NCBI RefSeq assembly: GCF_006345805.1
Contig: NC_043003.1
Coordinates: 112,530,001 to 112,594,000 of the forward strand
DNA length: 64,000 bases
From: Octopus sinensis
Taxonomy: Eukaryota
Reading direction: 5' to 3'
Both the position numbers and the translations under genes were made by a program. Each line of letters opens with the position of its first letter. Position 1 is the first letter of the stretch. The notes below the pieces were generated by a model. The model was not told the DNA's origin, ran no database searches, and saw only the letters and a list, made by a program, of their open reading frames with translations. Shown here piece by piece: positions 1-13,504 of this stretch.

Positions 1-431
1 ATTGTCGTGATGAAAGACAATGCCATTATGATTCGAAAGTGTTAGACACCTTTAGTGAATGGCTGCGTTTAATTTGTCTAGATGGTCACAACACTCATCC
101 GAATTAATTATCATGTCCATGATTAGAAACCCGTAAAAGACAATATCCTGTTTAAATACTTCTATTTAATGAGAAACTGAACGAATAACTTTTTTCAGGT
201 AAAGTCCAGTTTGCGGGGTTGTTTCCGGTGGTTCGCTGCACTTTGGCCATGATTCGTTTGCGTTTCACATTATTATAAACGATCCATTTCTCGTCCCCTG
301 TCGCTATTCTTTTCAAAAAACAAAAGGATAGCTTTTTTTTTCATCTTTCCACAATGAATCACAGAAGGAAATCCATTGGGCAAGATTAGCCTCCTTCAAT
401 TGACGTGTAGCCCAAACACCGAACCCCCTGA

Positions 432-506
432 CATACGTACATACATACATACATACATACATACATACATACATACATACATACATACATACATACATAC
501 ATACAT
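432..506. repeat. (TACA)n microsatellite
   Basis: Direct tandem ACAT/TACA run; explains the MYVC repeat in ORF 313..648. Confidence 0.95.
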
Positions 507-725
507 GCAGATTGTAAATAGAAAAATAGTGTAAATAGAACTGCATACAGAATGCTTTAATCATATTTTTTAATGTAAATGCAACACCAGATTCAGGGGA
601 AGCTACCGTTATCCATTGTTGACTGATATTAAGTATTAAGTGCCACAAATTAGGAAATAAAACACGTTAAGTTACCGTAATAATGAAGAACCACATTTTA
701 CATGCTGGACACCGACCGTTTTTAT

Positions 726-973
726 TTTTAATTTAGAACTTTCAGGTTTCTTTTCGGAACGGGAAAAAGAACACAGGGACGTTTTATTTCCTCTAGTCCG
801 TAAGATGTGAAAGTATTGGGTTGGCAACTAAGTTCCCACCGTTTTTTTTTTTTAATTTAGAACTTTCAGGTTTCTTTTCGGAACGGGAAAAAGAACACAG
901 GGACGTTTTATTTCCTCTAGTCCGTAAGATGTGAAAGTATTGGGTTGGCAACTAAGTTCCCACCGTTTTTTTT
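726..973. repeat. 124-bp tandem duplication containing a mariner-like TIR start
   Basis: AATTTAGAAC starts at 730 and 854 and the two units read identical. Each contains TATTGGGTTGGCAACTAAGT, resembling a Tc1/mariner terminal repeat. Confidence 0.85.
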
Positions 974-1090
974 TTTTATTTTGGAATCTATTTTTTCGAG
1001 AATTCTGTATATAGGGTAGCGAATATTCGTTATAAATATCACCACCAGTGGCCCAGCATGTATAAATAGTCAATAGACAACATATTCATA

Positions 1091-1626
1091 TTTTAAAATA
1101 GAAAATTACCCTTTAACAGGTAATTTCTACGTGCTAGAAATAGCAGCCAACATGGCCAAAACCACAATTCAATAGCAAATTTCGAAGTAAATGAACAATG
1201 AAAATCTTTACCCTGTTATTTAACGGTAATCTTATGAATATGTTCTTAGCATTCTCGAAGATTCAGCTCGGCATTGTATTTGTTTCTGACTGTAAATGCG
1301 CCTGTGCACAGTATTTTGAAAAATTATAACATATAATGATGGGACACGTGTTATCTTGTCTCTGAATTATAAGTTAGTTGTTTAGGCCGGTTACTGACGA
1401 GAATTGGCCTGGGAGATAATATGGTCTTGCTACATTATCTATTAAAGGATGGCAAGTAATATTATTTGCGAAGAAATTCGAAACTATGCTATAACTGCTA
1501 AATAACAAGGTAAAGGTTTTTATTTTTCAATTACGTTGAATTTTGCTATTGAATTGTGGTTTTGGCCGTGTTGGCTGCTATTTCAAGCATGTAAAAATTA
1601 CCTGTTAAAGAGTAATTTTCTATTTT

Positions 1627-1630
<4 letters not shown>
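1091..1630. mobile_element. MITE / non-autonomous DNA transposon with ~90-bp TIRs
   Basis: TTTTAAAATAGAAAATTACCCTTTAACAGGTAATT...CAATTCAATAGCAAA (1091-1180) is the inverted complement of ~1540-1630; TA on both flanks. Confidence 0.8.
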
Positions 1631-1673
<43 letters not shown>

Positions 1674-2555
1674 GAAAGAATTGAGTCGAACGAAAATGTT
1701 AACAAAATTCCTTTACTCTCGACATATATATATATGTCGACATATATATGTATATATATACATGCATACATGTGTGTGTGTGCGCACGTGCACTTACACA
1801 AGCCAATCGGTTTCCCTATGTGTGCTGCAGTCGAACAAATGCAAAATATATGAGCAGTAAAAAGTAGATATTTATATATGGAAACATATTGGAAATGTCC
1901 ATTTTTTTTAACCTAACGTATTCCCTTACGGAAAGAAGATTACTTAGACAATTGTATCTCTATACTATGTTAGTGATAATTGGTTGAGACAGCAGAACGT
2001 CAGAATAAGTTCAGTACAGTTTCTAGAAGCTTTCCTCTAACCTTGTGATTCTAGTCAAGTTTATTTTTCGTTCCTATGACGTTCATATAGTAAGAAATAT
2101 AATTTTGTTCCAGTTTTACCAAGGTCCTTTTTGCCTTTCCTCTCTCCGGGACAACACAACAAAATATTGACCAAACACTGAGGTTGATGTAATCAATGAA
2201 CAACCTTCATTCAAAATTATTGGCAGCATGCCTAAATTAGAAGCAATTATTTATATAGTGATATCAATGTATTTGACTCAGCAGCTCCGCAACAATATGT
2301 TCTGTTATAACTGAATGGAAAAGAAATAGTTGGAAAATACGCGATAAGCTTCCACTAAGTTGCCGAATCTGTGACACAGCTAAAACACTTTCATGCCAAA
2401 TCTGAAATTTAGAACCTCAAGAAACGCATTAATAGACACTGATACATCTGGAATACAGATATGCTGCTTCCCGACTCTACTTTTTCAATTGCTGCTACAG
2501 AGTTCTCTGCAACTCGGAGATGTCTGTTCTGATGCCACATCCACTTCGGTAGTTC

Positions 2556-2772
2556 GGCGAGCTGGCAGAAACGTTAGCACGCCGGGCGAAATGTGTAGCC
2601 GAATTTCGTCTACCGTTACATTCTGCGTTCAAATTCCGCCGAGGTCGACTTTGCCTTTCATCCTTTCGGGGTCGATAAATTAAGTACCAGTTACGCATTG
2701 GGGTCGATATAATCGACTTAATCCGTGTGTTCGTCCTCTCTGTGTTTAGCCCCTTGTGGGTAGTAAGGAAAT
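2556..2772 (+). mobile_element. tRNA-derived SINE, family A (full length)
   Basis: A-box-like TGGCAGAAACGTTAG, B-box-like GTTCAAATTCC, conserved body TTTGCCTTTCATCCTTTCGGGGTCGATAAA; near-identical copies at 9303 and 47205. Confidence 0.85.
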
Positions 2773-3404
2773 TGGTAATTCGGGTGCACTCGCATCACTT
2801 ACATTTGTCACCTATATATTATCTATCCTCAAAATCTCTGCTACCTATTCATTTAGTATGTCTTAGAAAGTCGTTCTTGTAGTATTCTGTAATTGACAAC
2901 TTTCAACTCCCAGAATTACGGTTACGTTTAACTCGCCGGTCGCAGAGAGACAGTGGAGTCTATGAGCATCGTAGCCTCTTCATTCACACTAAACTAATAT
3001 ACAAAAATATCAATACATCAAAATGTTAAACAGTAAGTTAGTAAAGAATCCTTTACTGGAATCAGTTTGATAACTTATTGTTTTAAACTTAAATGCTACT
3101 TAGATAAACTCCTGTAGTCACTTTTTCTTGTATGTTAACATATAAGAGAGTTTGCTACTTTTCATACGACGGGAAAATTTGGGAATATATGTTTTACCGG
3201 TGTGAGTAGTATCAAATTATGTTACAGAGGTGCAATAATTAAGATTTCAGTTTTTATAACTTTTTGGTGCGTGTAACAAAATAATGAAATGAATATTAAT
3301 TTTCAATATAAAAATATTTATTAGATTATGATACATTTAAATGAAAGAAATTTCCTATATATTTGCCATAAATATGTATACAATAATAAATAATAATAAT
3401 TCTT

Positions 3405-4210
3405 GCTACTATAAGCACGAGGCCTAAAATTTGGAGGAAGGAGAATAGTCGATTTCATAGGCCTCAGCGCTGTAATGGTATTTAGTTTATCCACTCCGAA
3501 AGGATGAAAGGCAAAGATGACTTCGATTGAATTTGAACTCTGAACATCAATAATAATAGTGTTCAGAATTTTGATACAAGCCCAGCGATATTGTGGGAGG
3601 GGTACGTCGATTACAACGACGCCAGTTATCAAATGGTACTTACTTATTTTATCGACCTTTAAGGATGAAAGATAAAGTCGACCCTAGCAGTATTTGAACT
3701 CAGAACGTTACGTCGGGAGGAATGCCACTAAACATTTTGTCCGGCGCAGTAACTTCTGCGCCAGCTTCACCATTTAAATAATAATATTGGTTTCAATTTT
3801 TGGCACAAGGCCAGAAATTTTATAGATAGAAGTAAGTCGATGTAACCCATCCCAGTGTTCAACCGTTACTTATTTTCTTACTCCGAAATGATGAAAGGCA
3901 AAGTTGACCTCGGCAGAGTTTGAACTCTGAACGTAAAGACGGACGAAATGCCGCTAAGCGTTTTGTCCTGTATGCTAACGATTCAGCCAACGCACTGCCT
4001 TAATAATCATTTCATTTTTGACAGAATGCCAGCAAGTTGGGGTAAAGGGAAAAGTCGAATAAATTGATCTCCAGGACACGAATGTTACTTATTTCATCGA
4101 CCCCGGTAGGATGAAAGGCAAAATCTATCTCGGTGGAATTTGAACTCACAGCGCAGAACCTGACGAAGTGCCGCTAAGCATATTGTCCGGTATGCTAAGG
4201 AATCTGCCTG
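3405..4210 (-). mobile_element. Cluster of ~4 diverged family-A-like SINE copies in the same orientation
   Basis: GGATGAAAGGCAAAG...ATTTGAACTC motif recurs at ~3500, ~3665, ~3890 and ~4110. Confidence 0.75.
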
Positions 4211-4216
4211 TCGTTA

Positions 4217-4251
<35 letters not shown>

Positions 4252-6079
4252 CAACTTTCAATTACTAAAATAACTTTAGGGTCATATAGTTTTCTTTAGG
4301 AATCACTCAATTTTACCTGACCAACACACGTGAACAGATAAAAATTCCTGTATCTATGTAACATCACAAGACATTACCCACTGTGGTAAATGTATATTCC
4401 CAACATTAACTCGTCATACAACAGGTGATGCTTTAATGTTAAAAACAAAGACCTTTAAACAGCGATGATAAAACTGTAAATCAGGAAATTTGCTGAGGGG
4501 ATAAAGAAGTAATTCTAATCAGGGAATGAAGGCAGAGGCGGTAAATTATTAATTGTAATTGTGTTAGTTGTAGTTAACGAATGAGAGGTAACGTGACTAA
4601 GCAATTAACAATGAGCATAATTGTTTAAGATATAAAAGCAATATCTTTACAATTGTGTACACTCCAATTTCATAGAAATCTGCACTAGTTTAGAGAATGG
4701 AAATCTTCAAGTTGTGAGGAGTATATTCAAAATCTGCTTTAATAGGCACTTAAACTCTTAACATTTGTTGCCTTTAAGTCATCGTTATTTATTAACTGAC
4801 AAACACCTGATTAGTAAATGGCTCCTTACTAAAAACTTCACATGATTTCGTTTCCTTTCTGTTCGCTAAGTATCTCTTCAGTCATCCTAATTAACGATTA
4901 ATAAACAATGTATAATTATTATCAAAGATTACAGTCAAAAATAAATGTTTAAAAAAATAATACACCATGTACAACACTTGCTAATCCAATTCACATGCGT
5001 CATATTTCGTTGTGAGTTAAAATGGTATCAGAAAGTTATTTTCGATTTCGTTGCGATCAATCGATACAGCGTTTGTTTTATTTGCTTCCTTTTTCAATTA
5101 TTACATTTTTGCATTAACTCCGTAACTTCTGCAATTTTTTTTATCCTTTGTGCGTGCGTGCGTGTGTGTGTGTGTGCGTGCGTGCGAAATATTGTTGTTC
5201 TATTTTATACATTTCTGTACGATATATTCCGTTGTTTTGTTTTAAAGTATTTTAGAGGTTTCGCTTTCACTTGTTGGGTTCTTTGTCGTTGATTTCGTCT
5301 TTCCCTTCATCTCATTTTTCTTTACTTTTACTTTTCTTTTTCATTTCCTTCTGTTTTTTTTTGTTTTTTTCTTCTGCGTGTTCTTTGTTTCCTCGGCGTT
5401 ATTATTGCAGTTTTTCTTTGTGTTCCTGTTCTGTTCGTGTTCTCAAACATGTCACTTAAAACTGATTCCTTGCTGTCTGATGATAAATGACATTTGTCAT
5501 TCATCGTAAATAGATAAGAAAGAAAATTAAATAATTTATTAGCAATATTACTGTCGGTTTTTCCTTTTTATCTTGCTTCTATATATTTCTATAGTTTACG
5601 TTCAAAATTTTGCATAGTTTCTTTTCCGCATCATTTTAGACGAAACAGAGAAATGGATGGTACTTTGAATGTTCGAAACGTATAATATTTATGCTTCTTT
5701 TTCTCTCTTTCATTGAAAGAGTAATCATGATGGTGGTGGAATTAGTAACTTGTCAGACTATGTATTTACTGCATTACGTTACGTCTTCTTTAATATTCTG
5801 TGTTTATATCTTGTCACAGTTGAAGTTCGAACGCAAGAACGGTGAATTCAAGTAACCTGTAAGTCATAGTACGGAAAGATTGAACGTGTGAATACTAGTA
5901 GCACCGATTATTGAAATATTTACAAATAATCCAGAACATGAGCTTAAACAATTGATTTACGCTTTTAAAAAGGGATTTTTTAAGTAATACTGTTGCTTTT
6001 ATTGTGATATGTTAACAAAGATATGCGAGATACCCTGAGTATATTTACTTAAAAATAACGCGAACAAGTAGGCACAGGG

Positions 6080-6205
6080 CCTGAAATTTGGGGAGAAGAG
6101 GCTAATCGATTATAATGCTCCCAGTGCTCAACTGGTGTCTGTTTTATCGCCTCCGAAAGGATGAATGGCAAAGTCAATCTAGGCGATATTTGAACACGGA
6201 TAAAA
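6080..6205 (-). mobile_element. Diverged family-A-like SINE fragment
   Basis: CCCAGTGCTCAACTGGT...CCGAAAGGATGAATGGCAAAGTC...ATTTGAAC. Confidence 0.65.
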
Positions 6206-6539
6206 TGCCACTAATTATTGTTGGTAGAAAAGGAGAAAAATCATTTCTGATTATACACATTGCTTGCCCTGACGTCAGTAGGGTCTTCGAAAAAGGAAAT
6301 GAAAAATTTATGACATATGAAACTCTGGAGAGAGAAATGAAAAAGCTATATGTTTCTCAAATAATGTTGCTTTTTTTAAATCCTAAATAAAGGCATTGAA
6401 AACTATTTCCCTCTTATCTTTTCCATAAAAAACTCAGGCTGATGTAGCACAATACAGAGTAAATATATTATACTTCTTAAGTATTTACTATGACATGCCA
6501 TAATTAAAGAAAGGTTAAATCTTACAATTCCTCGAATAA

Positions 6540-6950
6540 GCTCAGTTTTAAAGCTATATCAAATGATTTTAAAACTAGTTTCCGTATTTTTGCCTAAATA
6601 TTTCGAAATCTGGTGCTCTGGGTGGTTCGGTTAATATTATCCACAACAGGCTTTCCAGTGGCTCCGTAGGATTTATCTAGGTCTTTGTGAATGAAATCCC
6701 TGTATTCCTCGATAAGAATTGATTATAGATTTCAGGTCTTATCAGAGAAGACGTGAAATTTTTGCTGATCTCGTGATTTGTTGTATAATTTTAGAAAGTT
6801 GGCACTAGTAAATTTAGAGAATTTAACTTTTTTATCCATGCTTAGAATATTCGATTCGGATTTGTCGAGCAGAGATTTATGGAGTAAGGTTTTATAGAAT
6901 TTATCGTTGTAATTGCATAATTTTGTTGGATATGTAGCTATTGACATAGG
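6540..6950 (-). pseudogene. Probable Penelope-like element ORF fragment (region N-terminal to RT)
   Basis: Reading through stops gives FHVFSDKT*NL*SILIEEYRDFIHKDLDKSY...VVDNIN, resembling the PLE motif VFADKTxNxY...EEY..LL..NITKTY...VDNIN (family pattern recalled, not aligned). Confidence 0.5.
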
Positions 6951-7562
6951 AGAAAGCTCACGATCTCACACCCGTTAAATCATTAATTTTGTGTAGTAAT
7001 ATATGCATTTTTTTAGATGGAAAGCGTTTCTACTTAAGTGAGATGCTGCGAAACTGGTTTTCCATGTTGCGTACTACCTATTGTAAGTGGTCAGAGCAAG
7101 AGAGCATAGAGAATATGTATGCAGGATTTCCGTTTAATGACGTAATGTAATAGGTATGTACTATAATTGCTCGGTCTGGTTTACCACTAAAACTCCGGTT
7201 TGAAGTGCAACTGAAAACAAGCTGGTGTTGAGGCTGCCTATCAAAGACGGCTTGAAATGGTTCCTCGCAGAGCAGGTAGATATATACCGGAAACAGAATA
7301 AACAAGCCAAATATGTGGTATCACTTTAGAGAATTTAATTTATAATTTAAACGTAAAGCAGGTCAGTTATATTAAATAGGTAATCGTTGATTCTCAACAA
7401 GTCAGCTATTTTATGTACGTATTTATGTATGTATTATGTATGTATGTATATACGTACGTATATATGTATGTATACTTGCATATAAACAATATATAAATAT
7501 ATGCATATGTACATACATATATGTACATATCTACATATATGTGTATATATACATACATATAT

Positions 7563-9300
7563 GGGTACAGGACATCAAACAACATGGAACTCAATGAGAA
7601 ACGAAAACATAAAAACAAAAACATAGAAACGAAGTTTTTTTCAAACAACGAAAAAACGAAAAAACAAACAGAGTACAAGACATACAACGCAAGGAATATT
7701 CCCTTTCTTCAGTTGTCCCTGTTTCATCTACTCCGCGTTCCGAAGGTAAGGACAAGACGGAACTTCTTTGAAACAGTCCTTCCCGCAAAGCAAATTAAAT
7801 AAAATTTGGGATTTTTTGCGGAGGGTAAAAATGGTAACAAGAAGAGGACAGTAAGAACAAGACAGTAAAAACAATAAAAAAGTAAAAAAGAGTAAAAGAC
7901 AGAACAATGAGAACAAAACAGTAAAAACAAACGATGAGGGGTATTACGCCAAGTCGATGGAAAAAGTATTGTGAATGCTTAAGGAGACAGCTCAGGAAAG
8001 AGACAGATTAAGCTGGTCTGGTCTTGGTGAAGATAGCAGTTGGAAAGATGGCTTCCCTCTGTGGGAAACTACGTCTAAACAAAAAGGGTATTTGTTAGTT
8101 TTAAGTATGGAGGGGGTCGATATCTTTGAGTCTTGTGCAGATTTCGTGAGATCTGCTGACGTGTCCGGGGTATGCGTGTAGTAATGGATTGAGGAGTTTT
8201 GAGAAGAGTCAAGAAATTTTATAGAAAGCACCGTTAAGGAGTTCAGGGTTGTGAGGGGAAGGGTAGAATGGGTATTCGATGTGGTAGATGGGGTATCTAA
8301 GTGTAGCGGAGGAGAAAGTAGTAGAAGAAAGAGATGACGATGATGATGATGAGGATGGTGAAGATGACGATGAGGAAAATTTTGGAGCGGTTGAAGGGGA
8401 GGAGAAAATAGGAGGTAAAGGGGTAGATGATGACGATGACGCTGGTGAAAACGGTAAAGATGGAGATGAGGAAGATGTAGAAGATTTAGATGATGGTGGG
8501 GGTAATATCGGCGATGATGTCGACAGTGAATATATTGGCACCGATGACGATGAATGTGAAGATGATATGGGGAAGAGAGGGGGTTGGTAAGCTATCCGAC
8601 AGAAGCTGGTCATTATATCTCGAGATTCAATTTGTCATTGAGTTCTGTTAAAATGAATTTGGATCCGTAGCATTTCTCTGCCTGTGTGAGGTCTGTAACC
8701 AGGTTATCATTAGCAGTAGCAGCAGTGACCGTCGCAGGTATGGATGAATTTGGTGGTGGTGGGGCCCTGTTGATGGTGGTCGTAGGGCGCGTAGAGTTCG
8801 GTGGCTGGTCAGTCATTGCTTTGGCTGTCTGCTGCTGCTGCTGGTGGTGGTGGTTTTGTTGTTGTTGGTGGTGGTGTTGGTGGTGGTTGAAATTGTTATA
8901 TTTTTGTTGGTCAATGTGGTGTATATTGTTGTTGGTGTTAGTGGTGGTGTCGAGATGGTGGTAGTAACTGTTCTTGGTCGAGTTAGCAGTAGAATTTAAT
9001 CTGTTGTTTCTGGTGGCTGATGTAAGGAATATTGTCACCAGTGTTGCTAGAAGGTGCAGAATGGTAGTAGTAATTGTTGTTGTTGTTGCTGATGTTGTTC
9101 AATGGATTCTGGGCCATGTGGTGTATCTGCTTAATCCATTGGAATTTTCTTGTAAGACGTTCTATCTCGTGAGATAGTCATTGTGATAGCTTTGGTTTAT
9201 CATGTCATGTAAGCGTGGTAGAGTTTGTTGTGCTAGCTTGGTTTTTACATTAGTAATATTAAGAATGTGTTGAGATAGCCTTTCGTGAAGTGTTTTAATA
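7563..9300 (-). mobile_element. Unclassified, probably retroelement-derived segment with low-complexity broken ORF
   Basis: Compositionally distinct from flanks; S/P/T/Q/H/N-rich broken minus-strand frames (8209-9300); bounded by an AT/ATAC tract and a SINE A copy; no catalytic motif recognised. Confidence 0.35.
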
Positions 9301-9302
9301 TT

Positions 9303-9523
9303 TATTTCTTTACTACCCACAAGGGGCTAAACACAGGGGGGACAAACAAGGACAGACAAACGGATTAAGTTGATTACATCGACCCCAGTGCGTAACTGGT
9401 ACTTAATTTATCGACCCCGAAAGGATGAAAGGCAAAGTCGACCTCGGCGGAATTTGAACTCGGAACGTAACGACAGACGAAATACGGCTACCCATTTCGC
9501 CCGGCGTGCTAACGTTTCTGCCA
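9303..9523 (-). mobile_element. tRNA-derived SINE, family A
   Basis: Reverse complement of 2556-2772, lacking the first few head bases. Confidence 0.85.
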
Positions 9524-9661
9524 ACTTTAGTATTTTCCTAGTAATGTATTTATGTATGAATAAACGAGAGAGATTGCAGTTACTTAGGTTAAAGTATTCT
9601 GGTAGGTGAATATTCCTTATTGTGTTGGGGAAACTATATAGACAGCTAGAGAGACAGAAAT

Positions 9662-9702
<41 letters not shown>

Positions 9703-9845
9703 CAGACATATTCTCATATATGTTGGTATAAAAATATCTCTGGTTATTAAAGAAGGGTTTTGTTAGGGGAGATTTTCAGTTTAAATTTTTGTTGTCGAAG
9801 ACTCACCGTTTTGTCAATAGACCCGGAAGTTGTTCGTAAGCAGCA

Positions 9846-9926
<81 letters not shown>

Positions 9927-9990
9927 CATACATAACATACATACATACATACATACATACATACATACATACATACATACATAGATACAT

Positions 9991-10570
9991 TTTGGGTGGC
10001 TGCCCCCTCGTTATCGAGTATGGCCATTGCGTGAAGATTAATCAATGTCGTTATCGTGCAATGCCTGTGCAAGAAGATTTTTTTTAATGTGAGGAAAGGC
10101 TGTGCACTGAGTCAATCCCACTCACTAAGCAACACCAGCCATAATCTGAAAAGAAGAACAAGTCAACATCGTCGGTAACCACTGAGCCGCAGGTTTTATG
10201 TCGGAGTTATCCCAGTTACCTGAGTTACCTTCTCCTAGAAGGTTGCCCCAACAAAGGCTAGGAGCCCTTCACTCCCAATGGTTTAACCGCGTGATGGGGT
10301 ATTCAGTTCGATTATTTCTATGTCCCCGCGTATGATACAGCCTTAAGACATTTATTGGATGGCCGTTGACTCTCAAGAGTTCCTCCGCCCTTTGACGGGT
10401 TTTGTTTTTCATCCCGCAGGGTGTCCAATAAACACCCTCCTCACCAAGCAAGCTTGGCGGGGTTGCCGGTTTAGTCGCCGACGACACGACCATGCAACAG
10501 GTTGTACTATTACCAGTAACACTCGAAAGTGACCTGACATAAGACATACGTCCATACATACACATACACA
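9991..10570 (+). mobile_element. GC-richer non-coding repeat, RTE-3'-like, with degenerate (CATA)n tail
   Basis: Preceded by (TACA)n 9921-9982 and ends GACATAAGACATACGTCCATACATACAC. CCTTCTCCTAG..GGTTGCC..AAGGCTAGGAGCCC resembles RTE-related non-autonomous elements (from memory). Confidence 0.4.
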
Positions 10571-10676
10571 CACTCACATTAATAATAGGCAGAAGTTACA
10601 GAGTGAATGACCAAATTCGTGTTTGATAAGTGCCAATATACGAAACTCAGCTTTTGACTTACTCTCTAACTTCTGC

Positions 10677-10714
<38 letters not shown>

Positions 10715-10752
10715 ATATATATATATATCAATATTATATATATCAATATATA

Positions 10753-10795
<43 letters not shown>

Positions 10796-11249
10796 TACAT
10801 ATATGTATAAAAGAATCGCATCACGCAATCGAACCAATGAAAGAGCCTATACTTGGTAACTCGAAACGCAAAAAGTAGCAGCCAGAGTATCCTCCTACCT
10901 AAATCATACGCCCATTGTATGTAATGTCCAAGATTATCCCTAAAAAGACGGTTTGTTGAAGGCTGGAATGTCTTTGGTGATAGGCTTGCTGTTTCAGGGT
11001 TTATCTGAGGCTAAATAATAATAATAATAATAATAATATAAATTGTTACTGAGACAGACCAACGACGGAGCCTGTATGTGTTTGCATGACCTGCTAGAAA
11101 AAGTGGGCATATGTTATGTGCTTGTATGTGTGTATATACATCAATGTATAATTATATATTTGTGTATGTGCGCACGTGTGAGTGTGTCAGTGCGAGTGCG
11201 TGCCTGTGTGTTATAATGACGTGTGCAGTGATTTTCAGCTGCTGTCATA

Positions 11250-11647
11250 TCTTTATATATAAAAGTAAGGTTGTGTGCTGTCTGTCTCCTACGATTTAGA
11301 TTCCTAAGTACTCCCACATTTTGCGGTGCAGTTTAATCAAAACCGGGTATCTTATAGTCGTGATTCATATCGAGGCCTTCTGGGTATTAGCGCGCGTCTA
11401 CGATGAGTCTACGATTTAAAAAAAAAATACTATCATTTTTTTCCATTTTAATGCATTTTTTCGCTATTATATAAGGTAAGTAACTCTCTAAAAATGTCTA
11501 CGATGAGTCAACGATTTAAAAAAAAATTTACCATCATTTTTCTTCCATTTTTAATGCATGTTTTGCTATTTTTGGCTATAACTTTCTAAAAATGCTTATA
11601 TAGTTATTTCCCTTACAAACCCGAGCAACGCCGGGCGATACTTCTAG
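11250..11647 (+). mobile_element. Non-autonomous Helitron (family D1)
   Basis: 5' TC after A; 3' CCCGAGCAACGCCGGG hairpin then CTAG followed by T; no TSD. Confidence 0.85.
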
Positions 11648-13441
11648 TGATATATACAACGCTATGCCTCATTCATTTTTACTTATTACATTCAATATCT
11701 TGCGAGTTATTTTACGTTGAATCCGTCAGTGCTTCATAAAATAATTAGTAATGAATTACTGGGTTGTATTCAAATTTGACTCTTTTCGCTCTAAAAATAC
11801 ATAAAATTTCTGCTGACATTAGAAATCAATAATTTATTTTCGTCCTATCCTTTGGGTTTTGGCACTATTTAAAATGGAACTTTATTGTAATACTGCTTTG
11901 TTCAGAACTAACGAGGTTCTATTTTAGCCTTCGACATAAATAATTGATGTACCTAGCATTTTGTTTAAACGTGTATTGTACAAGATAACATTATGATTGT
12001 ATACCTTAGAGATAAAACTGATATGAGAAAGCATTATGCGACACTGTTGTAGCTATTTCTAATTTTTACTTCATTTATTTAATTTTCATGTTCATTATGT
12101 ACGTCCCGAAAGAGAAGGGAAGAAAGTATTATTTCCTTTAGAATATATCTTTATTATTTAAAGTAAAAATATATGGTTAATTACTTACTGAAATCTACTT
12201 ATAGTGAAAGTCTTTACTCCCTGTAGAAATATAATTATATTCTCATATCATTTAAAATAATTATAAATAATTAGTAATGGTTATTTATTTGATTTATTTT
12301 CGTATATTTAAGTTGACATCACTGACAAACTGACTATCCTGCCTTATTTTGCAATATATACTATACCCTAGACGTCTCAGTGTCGTGTTCTTTCTAAAAG
12401 ACATTAGACTCTACCTGGAGGTAACTTAGACTGCAGTTTCACCGCACAGTTATAACTTTTTTCCAGTTCTTTTGCAAATTCAAGTCATACTGGAACCAGT
12501 CTTTATCGCTATTCCTTACATTTTCGAATCAAGTAAAAGAAAAAAAAAACGTCTTTTGTATTAAGATATTTTCTATACTTTCTCCGAATATTTATCACTT
12601 TAGTTGACAACAATATAGAAAGTGCTTTTTAATGTATATATTGTGAACATACACATGACATATATTTCTACTTCATATAACATAATATATATATTTTTTA
12701 TTCGTCAGTCATTTTCTTAAGATTCACCTTACACTGTTAATAATGGATTCTAGAGTTTGCGCCAGTAGCCCAAAGATATTTTGATATATATGCGTGTTGT
12801 GCTTGTTAGTAAAAGGTTAAAACTAGAAATAATAGATTTTCTTACGTGATTTCATGATGCTTATGTGAGACTAGAGTTACGAGAAAGGGATCAACACAAG
12901 GATATTTTTTGGAATAGGGTTTACACTAATGTTGCAATAGTGTGAAACTGATGCTTCGGGAAAAATGGAAAAATCTAGTTTTCTGAATCTCAACTGTCTT
13001 GCATTAACACAGAAAACATAGCAATGGCTGTTAATCTTGCTCCGTAGAATGCTTAGTGATTGTGATGCTGAGAATGAAAGACGTCTTCACTTGCAAAATA
13101 TTATCTCAGCGATCAACCCCATTAACTATGTTCTGACTAATCCCGTTTCTTGTTTAATAAACAGTCTAGACTGTTACGATTCAGAAAAAAATTCCTAAAC
13201 AAATTAAACCGATTATGTTGTCAATATACTAGAACAAGATAACCAACAACCATAACCTTTGGTAGAAGCTCAAAAGAAGGATTTAGTAAGGAACCCGTGA
13301 AATATTTGGCGTATAAACAACAGGAGAACAATTTTTTAGGGTTCAGTTGGCAATTCTAAACTATCACTCTGGTTACTTGTAATAATTGTATTAGTATACA
13401 CACACACAGATAGGCACACTCACACACATACACGTATTTAC

Positions 13442-13504
<63 letters not shown>

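Noticed and set aside
7660-7760. CUGAAGA with nearby hairpin AAGG..CCUU on the minus strand
   Set aside because: No correctly placed GAAA plus stem I in any hammerhead topology I could fold.
8288-8590. Acidic D/E-rich ORF resembling a nucleolar protein tract
   Set aside because: Antisense of the low-complexity S/P tract in a repeat-like segment; no splice or domain support.
10087-10500. Possible HDV-like ribozyme around CCCTCCTCAC
   Set aside because: Could not build the P1/P3 nested pseudoknot by hand.
12950-13150. Possible hAT dimerisation-domain remnant (FLNL..LA...ER.F)
   Set aside because: Requires several frameshifts and stops; too weak to call.
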